Source of the DNA: Bifidobacterium longum subsp. longum JCM 1217
Lineage (GTDB): Bacteria > Actinomycetota > Actinomycetes > Actinomycetales > Bifidobacteriaceae
Direction of reading: 5' to 3'
DNA: 32,000 nucleotides
Assembly (NCBI RefSeq): GCF_000196555.1
Contig: NC_015067.1
Location: 1,260,001-1,292,000 of the forward strand
The notes beneath the pieces were generated by a model. That model saw nothing but the letters and a program-made list of their open reading frames with translations. It did not search any database and was not told the DNA's origin. Below, piece by piece: positions 1 through 8,749 of the stretch (its first letter is position 1; every line of letters begins with the position of its first letter). Position numbers and translations under genes: made by a program.

Positions 1-177
1 GGTGACATCGGACACCTCGGCTACTTTGACGCCCAGTTCGGCAAGCTTCTTGGCGGTCGAACCAGTGGAAACGACTTCGGTGCCGGCCTTCACGAACGCT
101 TCCGCGAGTACTTCGATGCCTTCCTTATGAAAGACCGAGACCAGTGCTCGACGTATCGGTCGGTTCGTGTTTGTCAT
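1..177 (-). CDS. purH: Bifunctional AICAR transformylase / IMP cyclohydrolase PurH, N-terminal 59 codons only (gene continues past window start)
   Basis: Minus-strand ATG at 177 is preceded by AAGGAGGAA (rc of 182-190) with a 4-nt spacer. Translation MTNTNRPIRRALVSVFHKEGIEVLAEAFVKAGTEVVSTGSTAKKLAELGVKVAEVSDVT matches the conserved MGS-like N-terminus of PurH. Too short to appear in the ORF track. Confidence 0.8.
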   Translation of the reverse strand, partial: MTNTNRPIRRALVSVFHKEGIEVLAEAFVKAGTEVVSTGSTAKKLAELGVKVAEVSDVT

Positions 178-1504
178 CCTGTTCCTCCTTGGATTCTTGT
201 GGTTGTGACGCTAGGAACCGCGCCTGATGAACGGTGGCGGTCTTCGATGTCGCGGCGGTGGTGCGGGAATCCTTGATTCTCTCAACCAACCAGACTATCG
301 GAAAAACGAGCGCTGTGCCAATCAGCGCGAGCAGCCATGCCGCGGTAAGTCCCAGTGCGGTCGAATGACCGACGACTCTGGTGGAGGCCATGACGTCGAC
401 GCCTATGTGAGCAAGACGATGATCGCCAAGCGATCCATTGGACAGAGCGAACAGCAATGTGGATGCCAGTGAGATCAGCATCGCGCTCAGGCAGAATGCC
501 CCGGCGGAGTAGATCAGCGAAACCAGTACCGGGCCGCGGGTGGACGTATCCCGTACATTCAACGGTCTGCAGGCGAATCCTTGCGGTAGGAATACAGCCA
601 GCAGGCCCACGAGCGCAGCGATGGCGAGAGGCGCGTTCAAGGCAACGGTACGCCATAGTTCGCTGCTGACCGGTTCGGGCAGAATACCGAATACCGGAAT
701 TGCAGGAAGCTCTTTGGATTGGCCGAGCCATAATGTGAAACTGGCCAAATCACCGATGGCGAATCCGCCGCCGAAGAGCCAGGAAACAGCCCAGAGCATG
801 ACGTTGGGTAGCCAGATCAGCATGGCGACGGTGGTGAGAATTCGTGAACCTGTTTCCATCCCGGACAATTCGAACAACGATACGACAGCGGCATGGTTGC
901 GTACCGACCATACGATGACGGTAATCAATCCAATTGCCAGATATATGCTCAGTATCGCGACGGCCAAGGCGACGCCGATTTTCAGGCAGTGGCGTATGTC
1001 CGCCGGCACCTGCTTGCGAGTCCAGTCCCTGAATGCTCGCATTTTGGCTGATTCCGGTACGGCTGCGCATAGGAAACCGATCGAGAATACGATGGCTGCT
1101 TTCAGCAACACCAGCCACTGGTCATCGACAAGACCTAGGTGCACGGATTGCCGGAATGCCTCGTTCAACCCGAGCCAAACAATCAATCCGGCAACATACG
1201 CATGCGGCCCGTATGCCTTGATTCGCATGGTGAGTGCATTGATCAGCCATATCAGCAGTATGGTCAACAGCAATGGCGTGATGGTGAGGGTGAACGAATC
1301 GGTTCTAAAGCCCGATCCCTCACTCAGAAGCACAACGGCCTGTGTCAGCGAGGTTGTGCCGACGGTGAGATTGTCGCCGCCCTCTTCCATAGAGACGACC
1401 AATAACATCAGCGCTGTATAGCAGCCTAATGCAACGGCATAGATGGCCATGGATGCGAGGGCGACTATGGCTCCCCGCACCCATTGGCGAATCACGGCTT
1501 TCAT
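125..1504 (-). CDS. Polytopic integral membrane protein, possibly PerM-like (DUF6350)
   Basis: ORF 125..1720 trimmed to the ATG at 1504 (MKAVIRQWVRG...). The 72 upstream codons overlap sucD and read as Pro/Arg/Ser-rich out-of-frame sequence. About 10 or more hydrophobic helices. Its position between sucD and purH, and its size (459 aa), match mycobacterial perM (Rv0955). The family call rests on synteny and size only. Confidence 0.75.
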   Translation of the reverse strand: MKAVIRQWVRGAIVALASMAIYAVALGCYTALMLLVVSMEEGGDNLTVGTTSLTQAVVLLSEGSGFRTDSFTLTITPLLLTILLIWLINALTMRIKAYGPHAYVAGLIVWLGLNEAFRQSVHLGLVDDQWLVLLKAAIVFSIGFLCAAVPESAKMRAFRDWTRKQVPADIRHCLKIGVALAVAILSIYLAIGLITVIVWSVRNHAAVVSLFELSGMETGSRILTTVAMLIWLPNVMLWAVSWLFGGGFAIGDLASFTLWLGQSKELPAIPVFGILPEPVSSELWRTVALNAPLAIAALVGLLAVFLPQGFACRPLNVRDTSTRGPVLVSLIYSAGAFCLSAMLISLASTLLFALSNGSLGDHRLAHIGVDVMASTRVVGHSTALGLTAAWLLALIGTALVFPIVWLVERIKDSRTTAATSKTATVHQARFLASQPQESKEEQDDKHEPTDTSSTGLGLS

Positions 1505-1523
1505 CACGATTGGTTGGAACCGA

Positions 1524-2435
1524 TCAGTCGATGTTGGCCTTGGCGAGTACGTCACGCATGATTTCGGCGGCCTGGCCCGGGGTCTTGCCCACGGGGATGC
1601 CCGCCGCCTCGAGCGCGTTCTTCTTGTCCTGGGCGGTGCCCTTGCCTCCGGAGACGATGGCGCCGGCGTGGCCCATCTGCTTGCCTTCGGGGGCGGTGAA
1701 ACCGGCGATGTAGGCGACAACCGGCTTGGTCATGTGCTCCTTGGCCCATGCGGCGGCGTCCTGTTCGGCGAAGCCGCCGATTTCGCCGATCATCATGACA
1801 GCCTTGGTGTCGGGGTCGGCTTCGAATGCCTGCAGGGCTTCCAGCAGCGTCGTGCCGACGATCGGGTCGCCGCCGGCGCCGAGACAGGCGGTGAAGCCGA
1901 TATCGGACAATTCGCCCATGAGCTGGTAGGTGAGGGTGCCGGATTTGGAGACCAGTCCGAGCGGGCCGCGGCCGACGATGCCGTCGGGGATGATGCCCAG
2001 ATTGACGCCGGGGTTGCCGAGCGTGATGAGACCAGGGCAGTTCGGTCCGATGATGCGCACGCCCTTCTTGAGCGCCAGTTCGACGAAGTATGCGGAATCG
2101 GCCACCGGAATGCCTTCAGTGATGACCACGATGAGTTCGATGCCGGCTTCGACGGCTTCGACCACGGCGGACTTGGCGAACTTCGGCGGCACGAACACCA
2201 CGCTGGCCTTGGCGCCGGTGGCTTCACGTGCTTCGCCGCAGGTGGCGAACACGGGGATGTCCGCGTCGGCACCGTTCTTGGCACCGGGGAAGGTGACGGA
2301 TGTGCCGGCCTTGCGCGGGTTCACGCCGCCGACGATATTGGTGCCGGCCTTGAGCATGCGAGCCGTATGGGTCATGCCCTGATGGCCGGTCATGCCCTGG
2401 ACGATAACGGGAGCGCCGTCTTCGATGAACAGCAT
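1524..2435 (-). CDS. sucD: Succinyl-CoA synthetase (ADP-forming) alpha subunit
   Basis: 303 aa. [10 protein letters not shown] CoA-binding motif and catalytic-His region [15 protein letters not shown]. Start overlaps the sucC stop by 1 nt (TGATG). Confidence 0.95.
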   Translation of the reverse strand: MLFIEDGAPVIVQGMTGHQGMTHTARMLKAGTNIVGGVNPRKAGTSVTFPGAKNGADADIPVFATCGEAREATGAKASVVFVPPKFAKSAVVEAVEAGIELIVVITEGIPVADSAYFVELALKKGVRIIGPNCPGLITLGNPGVNLGIIPDGIVGRGPLGLVSKSGTLTYQLMGELSDIGFTACLGAGGDPIVGTTLLEALQAFEADPDTKAVMMIGEIGGFAEQDAAAWAKEHMTKPVVAYIAGFTAPEGKQMGHAGAIVSGGKGTAQDKKNALEAAGIPVGKTPGQAAEIMRDVLAKANID

Positions 2436-3637
2436 CAGCGAACCTCCTTGGACTGGGTCGCCTCACCGGCGAGCTGCGCGGCCTTGGCTGCCGCGCCTTC
2501 CATGGTTTCGGACACATGGATATTCGGGTTATTGGCGGAGGCGAGGATATGCAGGCCCTCGGCGGCGGCGTTGCCATCGAAGCGCACAACGATCGGCTTG
2601 GAACCGCCGAGCTTGGCGACCGCTTCGAGGATGCCGTTGGCGACTTCCACGCAGGAGGTGATGCCGCCATAGACATTGATGAACACGGATTCGACCTGAG
2701 GGTCGGACAGTACGATCTCCAGGCTTTCGGCCATGACGGCTGCGGAGGCGCCGCCGCCGATGTCCAGGAAGTTGGCGGGCTTGATGTTGGTGCCCTGTTC
2801 CTCGCCAGCGCCGGAGACGGCATCCAGGGAACTCATGACGAGTCCTGCACCGTTGCCGATCACACCGACCTCGCCGTGCAGGTGCACGTAGTGCAGGCCG
2901 TGTTCGCGGGCGCGCTGTTCGAAGGGGTCGGGAACGATGGGATCCACGAAACGCGCCCAGCCGTCATGGCGGAAGGAGGCGTTGTCATCCAAGGAGATCT
3001 TGGCGTCCAAGGCGCTCAGCTGCTTGGTGGATTCGTCATCCGGGTCGCCGATCTTGGCGAGCGGATTGATTTCCACGAGCGTGGCGTCGTTGTCTTTGAA
3101 GCAGCGCCACATCTTGAGCAGAATCTGTGCGGCCTGATCGACGTCCGCGTGGTAGAAGCCGATGCTCTGTGCCATTTCGGTGGCAGCGGCCAGGTCGAAG
3201 TCACCGAGCGCATCGATGTGCAGGCGCTTGACGGCCTCCGGATGTTCCTTGGCGATTTCCTCGACTTCGGTGCCGCCGTTAGCGGTGGCCAGCACGTCGA
3301 AGTCGCGCGAGGTGCGGTCCACGGAGATGGACACGTAGTATTCGTGCAGGATGTTCTTGGCTTCGGCTACAAGCACGCCGGAAACCTTGTGCCCGTGGAT
3401 GGTCATCGGCAGGATGGACTCGGATTCAAGAATCGCCTCGTCGCGGTTATGGGCGATCTTGACGCCGCCGGCCTGACCACGATGACCGATCTTGACCTGC
3501 GCCTTGATTACGCAGGGATAGCCGATTTTGTCCGCCGCTTCTGCGACTTCATGGGAGTTCTGGGCAAAGATGGCGTCCGGGGTGGGAATGTCCTGTTCCT
3601 CGAGCAGCTGACGCGCCTGGTATTCGTAAAGATCCAT
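2435..3637 (-). CDS. sucC: Succinyl-CoA synthetase beta subunit (ATP-grasp)
   Basis: 400 aa. N-terminus [12 protein letters not shown] is typical of SucC. GGAAGGA ribosome-binding site upstream. Followed directly by sucD. Confidence 0.95.
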   Translation of the reverse strand: MDLYEYQARQLLEEQDIPTPDAIFAQNSHEVAEAADKIGYPCVIKAQVKIGHRGQAGGVKIAHNRDEAILESESILPMTIHGHKVSGVLVAEAKNILHEYYVSISVDRTSRDFDVLATANGGTEVEEIAKEHPEAVKRLHIDALGDFDLAAATEMAQSIGFYHADVDQAAQILLKMWRCFKDNDATLVEINPLAKIGDPDDESTKQLSALDAKISLDDNASFRHDGWARFVDPIVPDPFEQRAREHGLHYVHLHGEVGVIGNGAGLVMSSLDAVSGAGEEQGTNIKPANFLDIGGGASAAVMAESLEIVLSDPQVESVFINVYGGITSCVEVANGILEAVAKLGGSKPIVVRFDGNAAAEGLHILASANNPNIHVSETMEGAAAKAAQLAGEATQSKEVR

Positions 3638-3661
3638 CGATCCTTCCCTGACTATGTAATT

Positions 3662-3698
3662 GGTCCGGCATGTAACTGTACACAGTACATGCCGGACC
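3662..3698 (-). terminator. 37-nt near-perfect palindrome/hairpin between apt and sucC (possible apt terminator or operator)
   Basis: GGTCCGGCATGTA...TACATGCCGGACC forms a 13-bp perfect outer stem, extendable by CTGT/ACAG. No flanking U-run on either strand. Lies about 25 nt upstream of the sucC ATG. Confidence 0.4.
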
Positions 3699-3733
3699 TT
3701 GAAAACTGACTGTACGTTGGGTGAGACGAAATC

Positions 3734-4315
3734 TCAGGCCGGCATCGCGATCAGCGAGCTGCTGGGCTTGCCGTCGAGCTTATCCAGACCGTCGAGGCCA
3801 TCGAGCCGCATCACGAAACTGAAGCCCACCACGGTGCCACCGGCCTTTTCGATAAGGTCGGTGGCGGCTTTGGCGGTGCCGCCCGTGGCGATGAGGTCAT
3901 CGACGATGAGCACTCGCTTCCCTGCCTGTACGGCGTCGGTTTCGATTTCGACACTGGCCGTGCCGTATTCGAGGTCATAGGATTCACCGATGGTTTCAGG
4001 CGGCAACTTGCCGGCCTTACGCACGGCGATGAAACCCTTGCCCAAATGGGCGGCCATGGCCGGGCCGAACAGGAACCCGCGCGATTCGAGACCGGCAATG
4101 GAGTCGAATTCGCTCGGGGACACCGGCAGGGCCTCTTCAAGTGCTTTGAGCAGAATCTTCAAGCCCTTGGGGTCGGCGAGCACTGGCATGAAATCACGGA
4201 AGATGATGCCTTCCTTGGGAAACCCCGGTACGGAACGCACCAAGGACACCAGATATTCGGCGTCCTGTTGCCCTACCTTGCTCAATGCGTCGATGGTGAT
4301 GTCCGACTGTGCCAT
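3734..4315 (-). CDS. apt: Adenine phosphoribosyltransferase
   Basis: 193 aa. PRPP-binding motif VLIVDDLIATGGT. FPKEGIIFRD motif typical of Apt. Confidence 0.93.
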   Translation of the reverse strand: MAQSDITIDALSKVGQQDAEYLVSLVRSVPGFPKEGIIFRDFMPVLADPKGLKILLKALEEALPVSPSEFDSIAGLESRGFLFGPAMAAHLGKGFIAVRKAGKLPPETIGESYDLEYGTASVEIETDAVQAGKRVLIVDDLIATGGTAKAATDLIEKAGGTVVGFSFVMRLDGLDGLDKLDGKPSSSLIAMPA

Positions 4316-4378
4316 AGTGCTCGCCCCTTTTATGCCTTTGCGATGCGATACGCGGATGGTGCTACCGAATCGAACAGC

Positions 4379-4816
4379 TTACTTCGTCTTGGTTTCGTTG
4401 TCGTCACCGGTCTCGTCAGCGGTGTCTTCCTCGGACACGACGGACGCCTCGATCGGAACCTGACCAGCCTCATCGTTAGCCGGAGCCTCGGTGTCTTCGT
4501 CGGGCAGCGGGTTGCCGTTCTCGTCGACCTCATCATCGGACACATAGGCCGGGCGGGTGTACTCACGGGCGATGGCGTTGAAGCCGAAACGCAGCTTGGA
4601 GCCTTCGGAGTCGATGACGATCTCCTCATACTGCTCGTCGACTTCGACGACCTTGCCGATCACCTGGCCGATGGTGATGACCTCGGTGCCGGGCTGCAGG
4701 TTGCGACGGAAGTCCTGCTTCTCCTGCTGTTGCTGCTTGGCCTTCTTGGACTGCCACCACATCATGCCGCCGAACACGACGACGATCACGATGAGCATAA
4801 TGTACTGTTGTTCCAC
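4379..4816 (-). CDS. yajC: Preprotein translocase subunit YajC with a long acidic C-terminal tail
   Basis: 145 aa. One N-terminal TM helix followed by QQQEKQDFRRNLQPGTEVITIGQVIGKVVEV, the YajC signature. Classic position next to ruvB. Confidence 0.85.
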   Translation of the reverse strand: MEQQYIMLIVIVVVFGGMMWWQSKKAKQQQQEKQDFRRNLQPGTEVITIGQVIGKVVEVDEQYEEIVIDSEGSKLRFGFNAIAREYTRPAYVSDDEVDENGNPLPDEDTEAPANDEAGQVPIEASVVSEEDTADETGDDNETKTK

Positions 4817-4880
4817 GAAACAACTCCTTCAAACGAGCGACATTGACGAAACGCCGCCAAGTGTGCAAACAGGAGAAAGT

Positions 4881-5945
4881 CTAGAAGAGCTTGCTGACAT
4901 CATCTTTGGGCGTAATTCCCAAATGCTGCCATGCCTTCTCGGTAGCCACGCGGCCTTTGGGCGTGCGAATCATAAAACCTTCGCGCACGAGATACGGCTC
5001 GCACACGGTTTCCACGGTTTCCGATTCCTCGCCCACCATGGCCGCCAGATTGTTCAGGCCCACGGGTCCACCGTTGAAGTTGCGCACGATGGCATTGAGC
5101 ACGGCGATGTCCAGCCGGTCGAGGCCTTCGGAGTCGATCTGGTACAGGGCCAGCGCCTCCTTGACGTCGTCCGGCCGCACCACGATCAGGTCGTGGACGA
5201 TGGCCCAGTCGCGTACACGGCGTAGCAATCGGTTGGCGATACGCGGCGTGCCGCGCGAACGCAACGCAAGCTCATGAGCGGAACCCGCATCAAGGTTTAC
5301 GCCCAGTACGTTGGCCGAACGTTCGATGAGCTTTTCCAACTCCTCATGCGGATAGAAGTCGAGATGTGCGGTGAAGCCAAAGCGTGCGCGCAACGGGCTT
5401 GGCAGCATACCTTCGCGCGTGGTGGCACCGATGACGGTGAATCGCGGCAGGGTCAGCGGGATGGAGCTTGCGCCCGGGCCTTTGCCGACCATCACATCGA
5501 CGCGGAAGTCCTCCATCGCGATATACAGCAGCTCTTCGGCGGCGCGCGGCAGACGATGGATCTCGTCGATGAACAGCACTTCGCCGACGTCGAGGGAGCT
5601 CAGAATCGAAGCAAGATCACCGGCATGTTGAACCGCAGGGCCGGAAGTCACGCGAATCGGCACTTCAAGCTCATTGGCAACGATCATGGCCAACGTGGTT
5701 TTGCCCAAGCCAGGAGGGCCGGCAAGCAGAATATGGTCCGGTGGCACATCGCGTTTGCGGGCCGCGTCCAGGAACAGTTGCAGCTGGGCCTTGAGCCGTG
5801 GCTGTCCGATAAAGCCTTCGAGAACATGGGGGCGCAGCTCCTCGTCGCTGACCGGCTCGTTGCCGATCGGCTGGGAGGAGACCATGCGCAACGACTCTTC
5901 GTTGGCACCGGTGTTGGAGGCTCCGTAATCCGTTGTCTCGCTCAT
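4881..5945 (-). CDS. ruvB: Holliday junction branch migration DNA helicase RuvB
   Basis: 354 aa. Walker [10 protein letters not shown], Walker B LFIDEIHR, and a conserved C-terminal winged helix. Start overlaps the ruvA stop. Confidence 0.96.
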   Translation of the reverse strand: MSETTDYGASNTGANEESLRMVSSQPIGNEPVSDEELRPHVLEGFIGQPRLKAQLQLFLDAARKRDVPPDHILLAGPPGLGKTTLAMIVANELEVPIRVTSGPAVQHAGDLASILSSLDVGEVLFIDEIHRLPRAAEELLYIAMEDFRVDVMVGKGPGASSIPLTLPRFTVIGATTREGMLPSPLRARFGFTAHLDFYPHEELEKLIERSANVLGVNLDAGSAHELALRSRGTPRIANRLLRRVRDWAIVHDLIVVRPDDVKEALALYQIDSEGLDRLDIAVLNAIVRNFNGGPVGLNNLAAMVGEESETVETVCEPYLVREGFMIRTPKGRVATEKAWQHLGITPKDDVSKLF

Positions 5946-6571
5946 CAGCGGCCCCTATCCATCAGCGCCAAAGCCAGACGTAGCACACGCGGCACATCGT
6001 CGGTGGCAAGCGGCGTGGGAATATCGTTTTCGGCGCAAGCCTCGGCAACGGCCTGTTGGGCGTCCTGCTGACGCCAGCCAAGTGAAATCAGTCCTTCGAC
6101 AACCTGTTCCGTACCGGTATCCACCGGAGACTTGGATATTGCCGCCTGAGCGGAAGCACCCTCGATCTGACTCAAATCAATAGAGCCCTTAAGCTCGAGG
6201 ATGATTTTCTGTGCGCCCTTCTTGCCCAGCCCCGGAGCCTTGGCCAGCGCGGTGGCGTCGTTGTCGGCGATGGCGTGGGCCAGCTGACTCGGCGTCAGTG
6301 TGGAGAGTAACGATTGGGCCACTTTAGGTCCAATGCCGGAGACCTTGATGAGTTGCAGAAAGGTTTTCTTGGCGTCCCGATCCAGGAATCCATGCAGGGT
6401 AATGGCATCCTGAGAGAGGTTCATATAGGTGAAGACGCGGGTGTCTTGCCCGGCGTGCAGACGGCTCAGGTCGGTGGCGGACATGCGCACTTCGTAGCCC
6501 ACTCCCCCAACATCAATCAATGCGGTATCGGTTTCGACCGATTCAACCCGCCCGGTCAGCATGCCGATCAT
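5945..6571 (-). CDS. ruvA: Holliday junction branch migration complex subunit RuvA
   Basis: 208 aa. [10 protein letters not shown]-terminus and two HhH motifs ([18 protein letters not shown]). GAAGGAG ribosome-binding site. Confidence 0.95.
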   Translation of the reverse strand: MIGMLTGRVESVETDTALIDVGGVGYEVRMSATDLSRLHAGQDTRVFTYMNLSQDAITLHGFLDRDAKKTFLQLIKVSGIGPKVAQSLLSTLTPSQLAHAIADNDATALAKAPGLGKKGAQKIILELKGSIDLSQIEGASAQAAISKSPVDTGTEQVVEGLISLGWRQQDAQQAVAEACAENDIPTPLATDDVPRVLRLALALMDRGR

Positions 6572-6605
6572 ACAGGTACTCCTTCAGGGCTCCAGGATTC
6601 AAGAC

Positions 6606-6621
6606 TCGAACAACTGTTCGA
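6606..6621. promoter_or_regulatory. LexA SOS box (TCGAAC-N4-GTTCGA) with an adjacent -10-like TATACT, upstream of ruvA
   Basis: Exact match TCGAAC-AACT-GTTCGA to the actinobacterial LexA consensus. On the minus strand it begins 2 nt downstream of TATACT (rc of 6623-6628). It ends 35 nt upstream of the ruvA ATG. Confidence 0.75.
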
Positions 6622-6628
6622 AAGTATA

Positions 6629-7213
6629 CTACATGCCTCGGTCGTGGTTGATGCGGCGGCGCGTGGATTTCTGTGCGGCCTCAGCCCACTGGCGTTGCGC
6701 GGCGGTCAGATGTTGTTCGCGTTCGCCGCCCTGCAATGCGCCTGCCGGGCGCAGCGCATGGCAAATGGCCAAAGCCAAGGCATCGGCGGCATCGGCGGGA
6801 GTCGGCATTTTGGTGAGGTTCAAAATACGTGTCACCATACGCTCCACCTGAATCTTCTGCGCCTGCCCGTTACCGGTGATAGCCAGCTTGGCTTCGGTAG
6901 GCGTATGCAACGCCACGGGAATATTGCGTTGCGCGGCGGCGAGCATGGCGAGGCCGGCGGCCTGTGCGGTACCGAGTACGGTGTTGCGGTTGGATTGTGC
7001 GAACACTCGTTCGATGGATACGGCATCGGGTGCGAAGCGATCCATTTTCTCGGACAGGCCGTTGTAGATGGCCAGTAGACGCAGATCCTGGGTGATATCC
7101 GGTGAGGACCGCACCACGTCCACGTGAATAAACGAAAGCCGGCGGTGCTCGCCGGCTTCGATCACGCCGACCCCGCAACGTGTGAGCCCGGGGTCGACGC
7201 CAAGGATAATCAC
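6629..7213 (-). CDS. ruvC: Crossover junction endodeoxyribonuclease RuvC
   Basis: 194 aa. [18 protein letters not shown] catalytic N-terminus and conserved C-terminal [10 protein letters not shown]. Confidence 0.95.
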   Translation of the reverse strand: MIILGVDPGLTRCGVGVIEAGEHRRLSFIHVDVVRSSPDITQDLRLLAIYNGLSEKMDRFAPDAVSIERVFAQSNRNTVLGTAQAAGLAMLAAAQRNIPVALHTPTEAKLAITGNGQAQKIQVERMVTRILNLTKMPTPADAADALALAICHALRPAGALQGGEREQHLTAAQRQWAEAAQKSTRRRINHDRGM

Positions 7214-7218
7214 GAGGA

Positions 7219-7974
7219 TTACTCCTCGTCGAGCTGGGCCATCACCTCGTCGGAAGCGGTCCAGTTGGAGTAGATGTTCTGCACATCGTCGAGGTCATCG
7301 AGGTTGTCGATGAGCTTGGACACCTTGCGGGCATCCTCAAGGCTCAACTCGACCTCGTTCTTCGGCTGCATGACCTGGTCGGCGGAATCGTAGTCGAAGC
7401 CGGCTTCCTGCAGAGCCTTGCGCACGGTGAACAGGTCGGACGGACCGGTCACAACGGTGAACACTTCACCGTCATCGGTAACGTCCTCGGCACCGGCTTC
7501 GGCGGCGGTTTCGAACAGCTTGTCGAAGTCCACGCCCTCGGACGGCACCACGATCTGGCCCTTGCGCTCGAAGTTGAAGGACACGGAGCCGGAGGTGGCC
7601 AGAGAGCCGTTGCCCTTGGTCAGGGTGGAACGGACTTCGGCGGCCGCACGGTTGCGGTTGTCGGTCAGGCATTCGATGATGAGGCCAACGCCGGCAGGAG
7701 CGTAGCCCTCGTAGACGATGTCTTCGTAGTTGGCGGCACCATCTTCAGCACCGGCACCACGCTTGACGGCGCGAGCGATGTTGTCGGCCGGCATGGAGGC
7801 CTTCTTGGCCTTGTAGATGGCATCGTACAGGGACGGGTTGCCGTCCGGGTCGCCGCCGCCGAGGCGGGCGGCGATTTCGATGTTCTTGATGAGCTTGGCG
7901 AAGAGCTTGCCGCGCTTGGCGTCGATGGCGGCCTTCTTGTGCTTGGTGGTCGCCCACTTGGAATGACCTGACAT
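7219..7974 (-). CDS. yebC: YebC/PmpR family DNA-binding transcriptional regulator
   Basis: ORF 7219..8010 trimmed to the ATG at 7974, giving the canonical N-terminus [20 protein letters not shown] ribosome-binding site upstream. 5-nt gap to ruvC. Confidence 0.9.
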   Translation of the reverse strand: MSGHSKWATTKHKKAAIDAKRGKLFAKLIKNIEIAARLGGGDPDGNPSLYDAIYKAKKASMPADNIARAVKRGAGAEDGAANYEDIVYEGYAPAGVGLIIECLTDNRNRAAAEVRSTLTKGNGSLATSGSVSFNFERKGQIVVPSEGVDFDKLFETAAEAGAEDVTDDGEVFTVVTGPSDLFTVRKALQEAGFDYDSADQVMQPKNEVELSLEDARKVSKLIDNLDDLDDVQNIYSNWTASDEVMAQLDEE

Positions 7975-8112
7975 AATGCTCCTAGCAATTATTGAAACGG
8001 ATGATGTCAAACGAAACGATTGTAGGCCGTTAATCAGACATACCCGTAATGTTTCCGATGATTGTCTTATTGCGCGTACCGATAAAACCGGTTGCGCGGG
8101 TGCCGCACCCGG

Positions 8113-8697
8113 TCAGGCAAGCGGCAAATGATACTGCGGGGCCAGCTGTTCGAATGCCTGGGCATAGGCGTCTCGCTGGTCGGACAGCAGAATCGGCATG
8201 GTACGCGTCTGGGCGACGATGGGCATGAAGTTCGCATCGCCATTCCAACGCGGCACCACATGCTGGTGCAGGTGCGCGGCGACTCCGGCACCCGCGACCT
8301 CGCCCTGATTGATGCCGATGTTGTATCCGTCCGGACGGGAGACGGTCTCCATCACCTTCATGGCGAGGGTGGTGGCCTTCTCGAATTCGAACAGTTCGGC
8401 ATCGTCGAGTTCGGTGATGAATCCGACGTGACGGTACGGGCAAATCATGAGATGCCCGACATTGTATGGGTAGAGGTTCATGATGGCGAACACGTGCGTG
8501 CCACGCCAGGCGATGAGGCCGTCTTCGTCGGATTTTTTGGGTCCGGCGCAGAACGGGCATTCCTTCGTCTTGGGCTTGGTTGGGCGATCCTCGCTGTTGC
8601 GCAGCACATAGGTCATGCGCTGCGGAGTCCACAGTCGTTCGACCGTGTCCTCCTGAGGCGGAAAGTCCGCCGGATTATCGACACGCACGTCAGTCAT
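8113..8697 (-). CDS. HIT-family nucleotide hydrolase/phosphorylase (Ap4A phosphorylase-like)
   Basis: 194 aa. Histidine-triad motif HLHQHVVPRW. Its position immediately downstream of thrS is the same as Rv2613c (Ap4A phosphorylase) in M. tuberculosis. Confidence 0.85.
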   Translation of the reverse strand: MTDVRVDNPADFPPQEDTVERLWTPQRMTYVLRNSEDRPTKPKTKECPFCAGPKKSDEDGLIAWRGTHVFAIMNLYPYNVGHLMICPYRHVGFITELDDAELFEFEKATTLAMKVMETVSRPDGYNIGINQGEVAGAGVAAHLHQHVVPRWNGDANFMPIVAQTRTMPILLSDQRDAYAQAFEQLAPQYHLPLA

Positions 8698-8712
8698 TTT
8701 CGCACCCTTTCT

Positions 8713-8737
8713 TGGCTCCCCTCAGAGAGGGGAGCCA
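8713..8737. repeat. GGCTCCCCTC-N3-GAGGGGAGCC hairpin repeat (copy between thrS and the HIT gene)
   Basis: TGGCTCCCCTC-aga-GAGGGGAGCCA forms an 11-bp stem. The 29-mer 8709-8737 is the exact reverse complement of 14478-14506. Confidence 0.85.
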
Positions 8738-8749
8738 GTACCATTCACA

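Noticed and set aside
1443-3709. 409-aa and 397-aa plus-strand ORFs (1443..2672 and 2516..3709)
   Set aside because: Antisense shadows of sucD and sucC. The same applies to the smaller ORFs nested in this region.
4364-4380. TCGAAC half-site near the yajC stop; also TTCGAACAGTTCGG inside the HIT gene (about 8388-8401)
   Set aside because: Only one half matches the LexA box. The second half (TACTTC, or the wrong spacing) fails, so these were not called as SOS boxes.
7975-8010. N-terminal extensions offered by the ORF track for yebC (to 8010), the PerM-like gene (to 1720), PAC2 (from 11444), ldh (to 27001), secG (to 27336) and pgk (to 29536)
   Set aside because: In each case an internal start gives the canonical family N-terminus with a good Shine-Dalgarno sequence. 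The extension overlaps a neighbouring gene, tRNA or hairpin, or encodes atypical sequence.
8082-8113. Possible terminator after the HIT gene (ACCGG...CCGGT with an inner GGGTG/CACCC stem, then TTTTA on the minus strand)
   Set aside because: The stems are short and mutually exclusive, and the U-run is separated from the strongest stem. It is not convincing enough to annotate.
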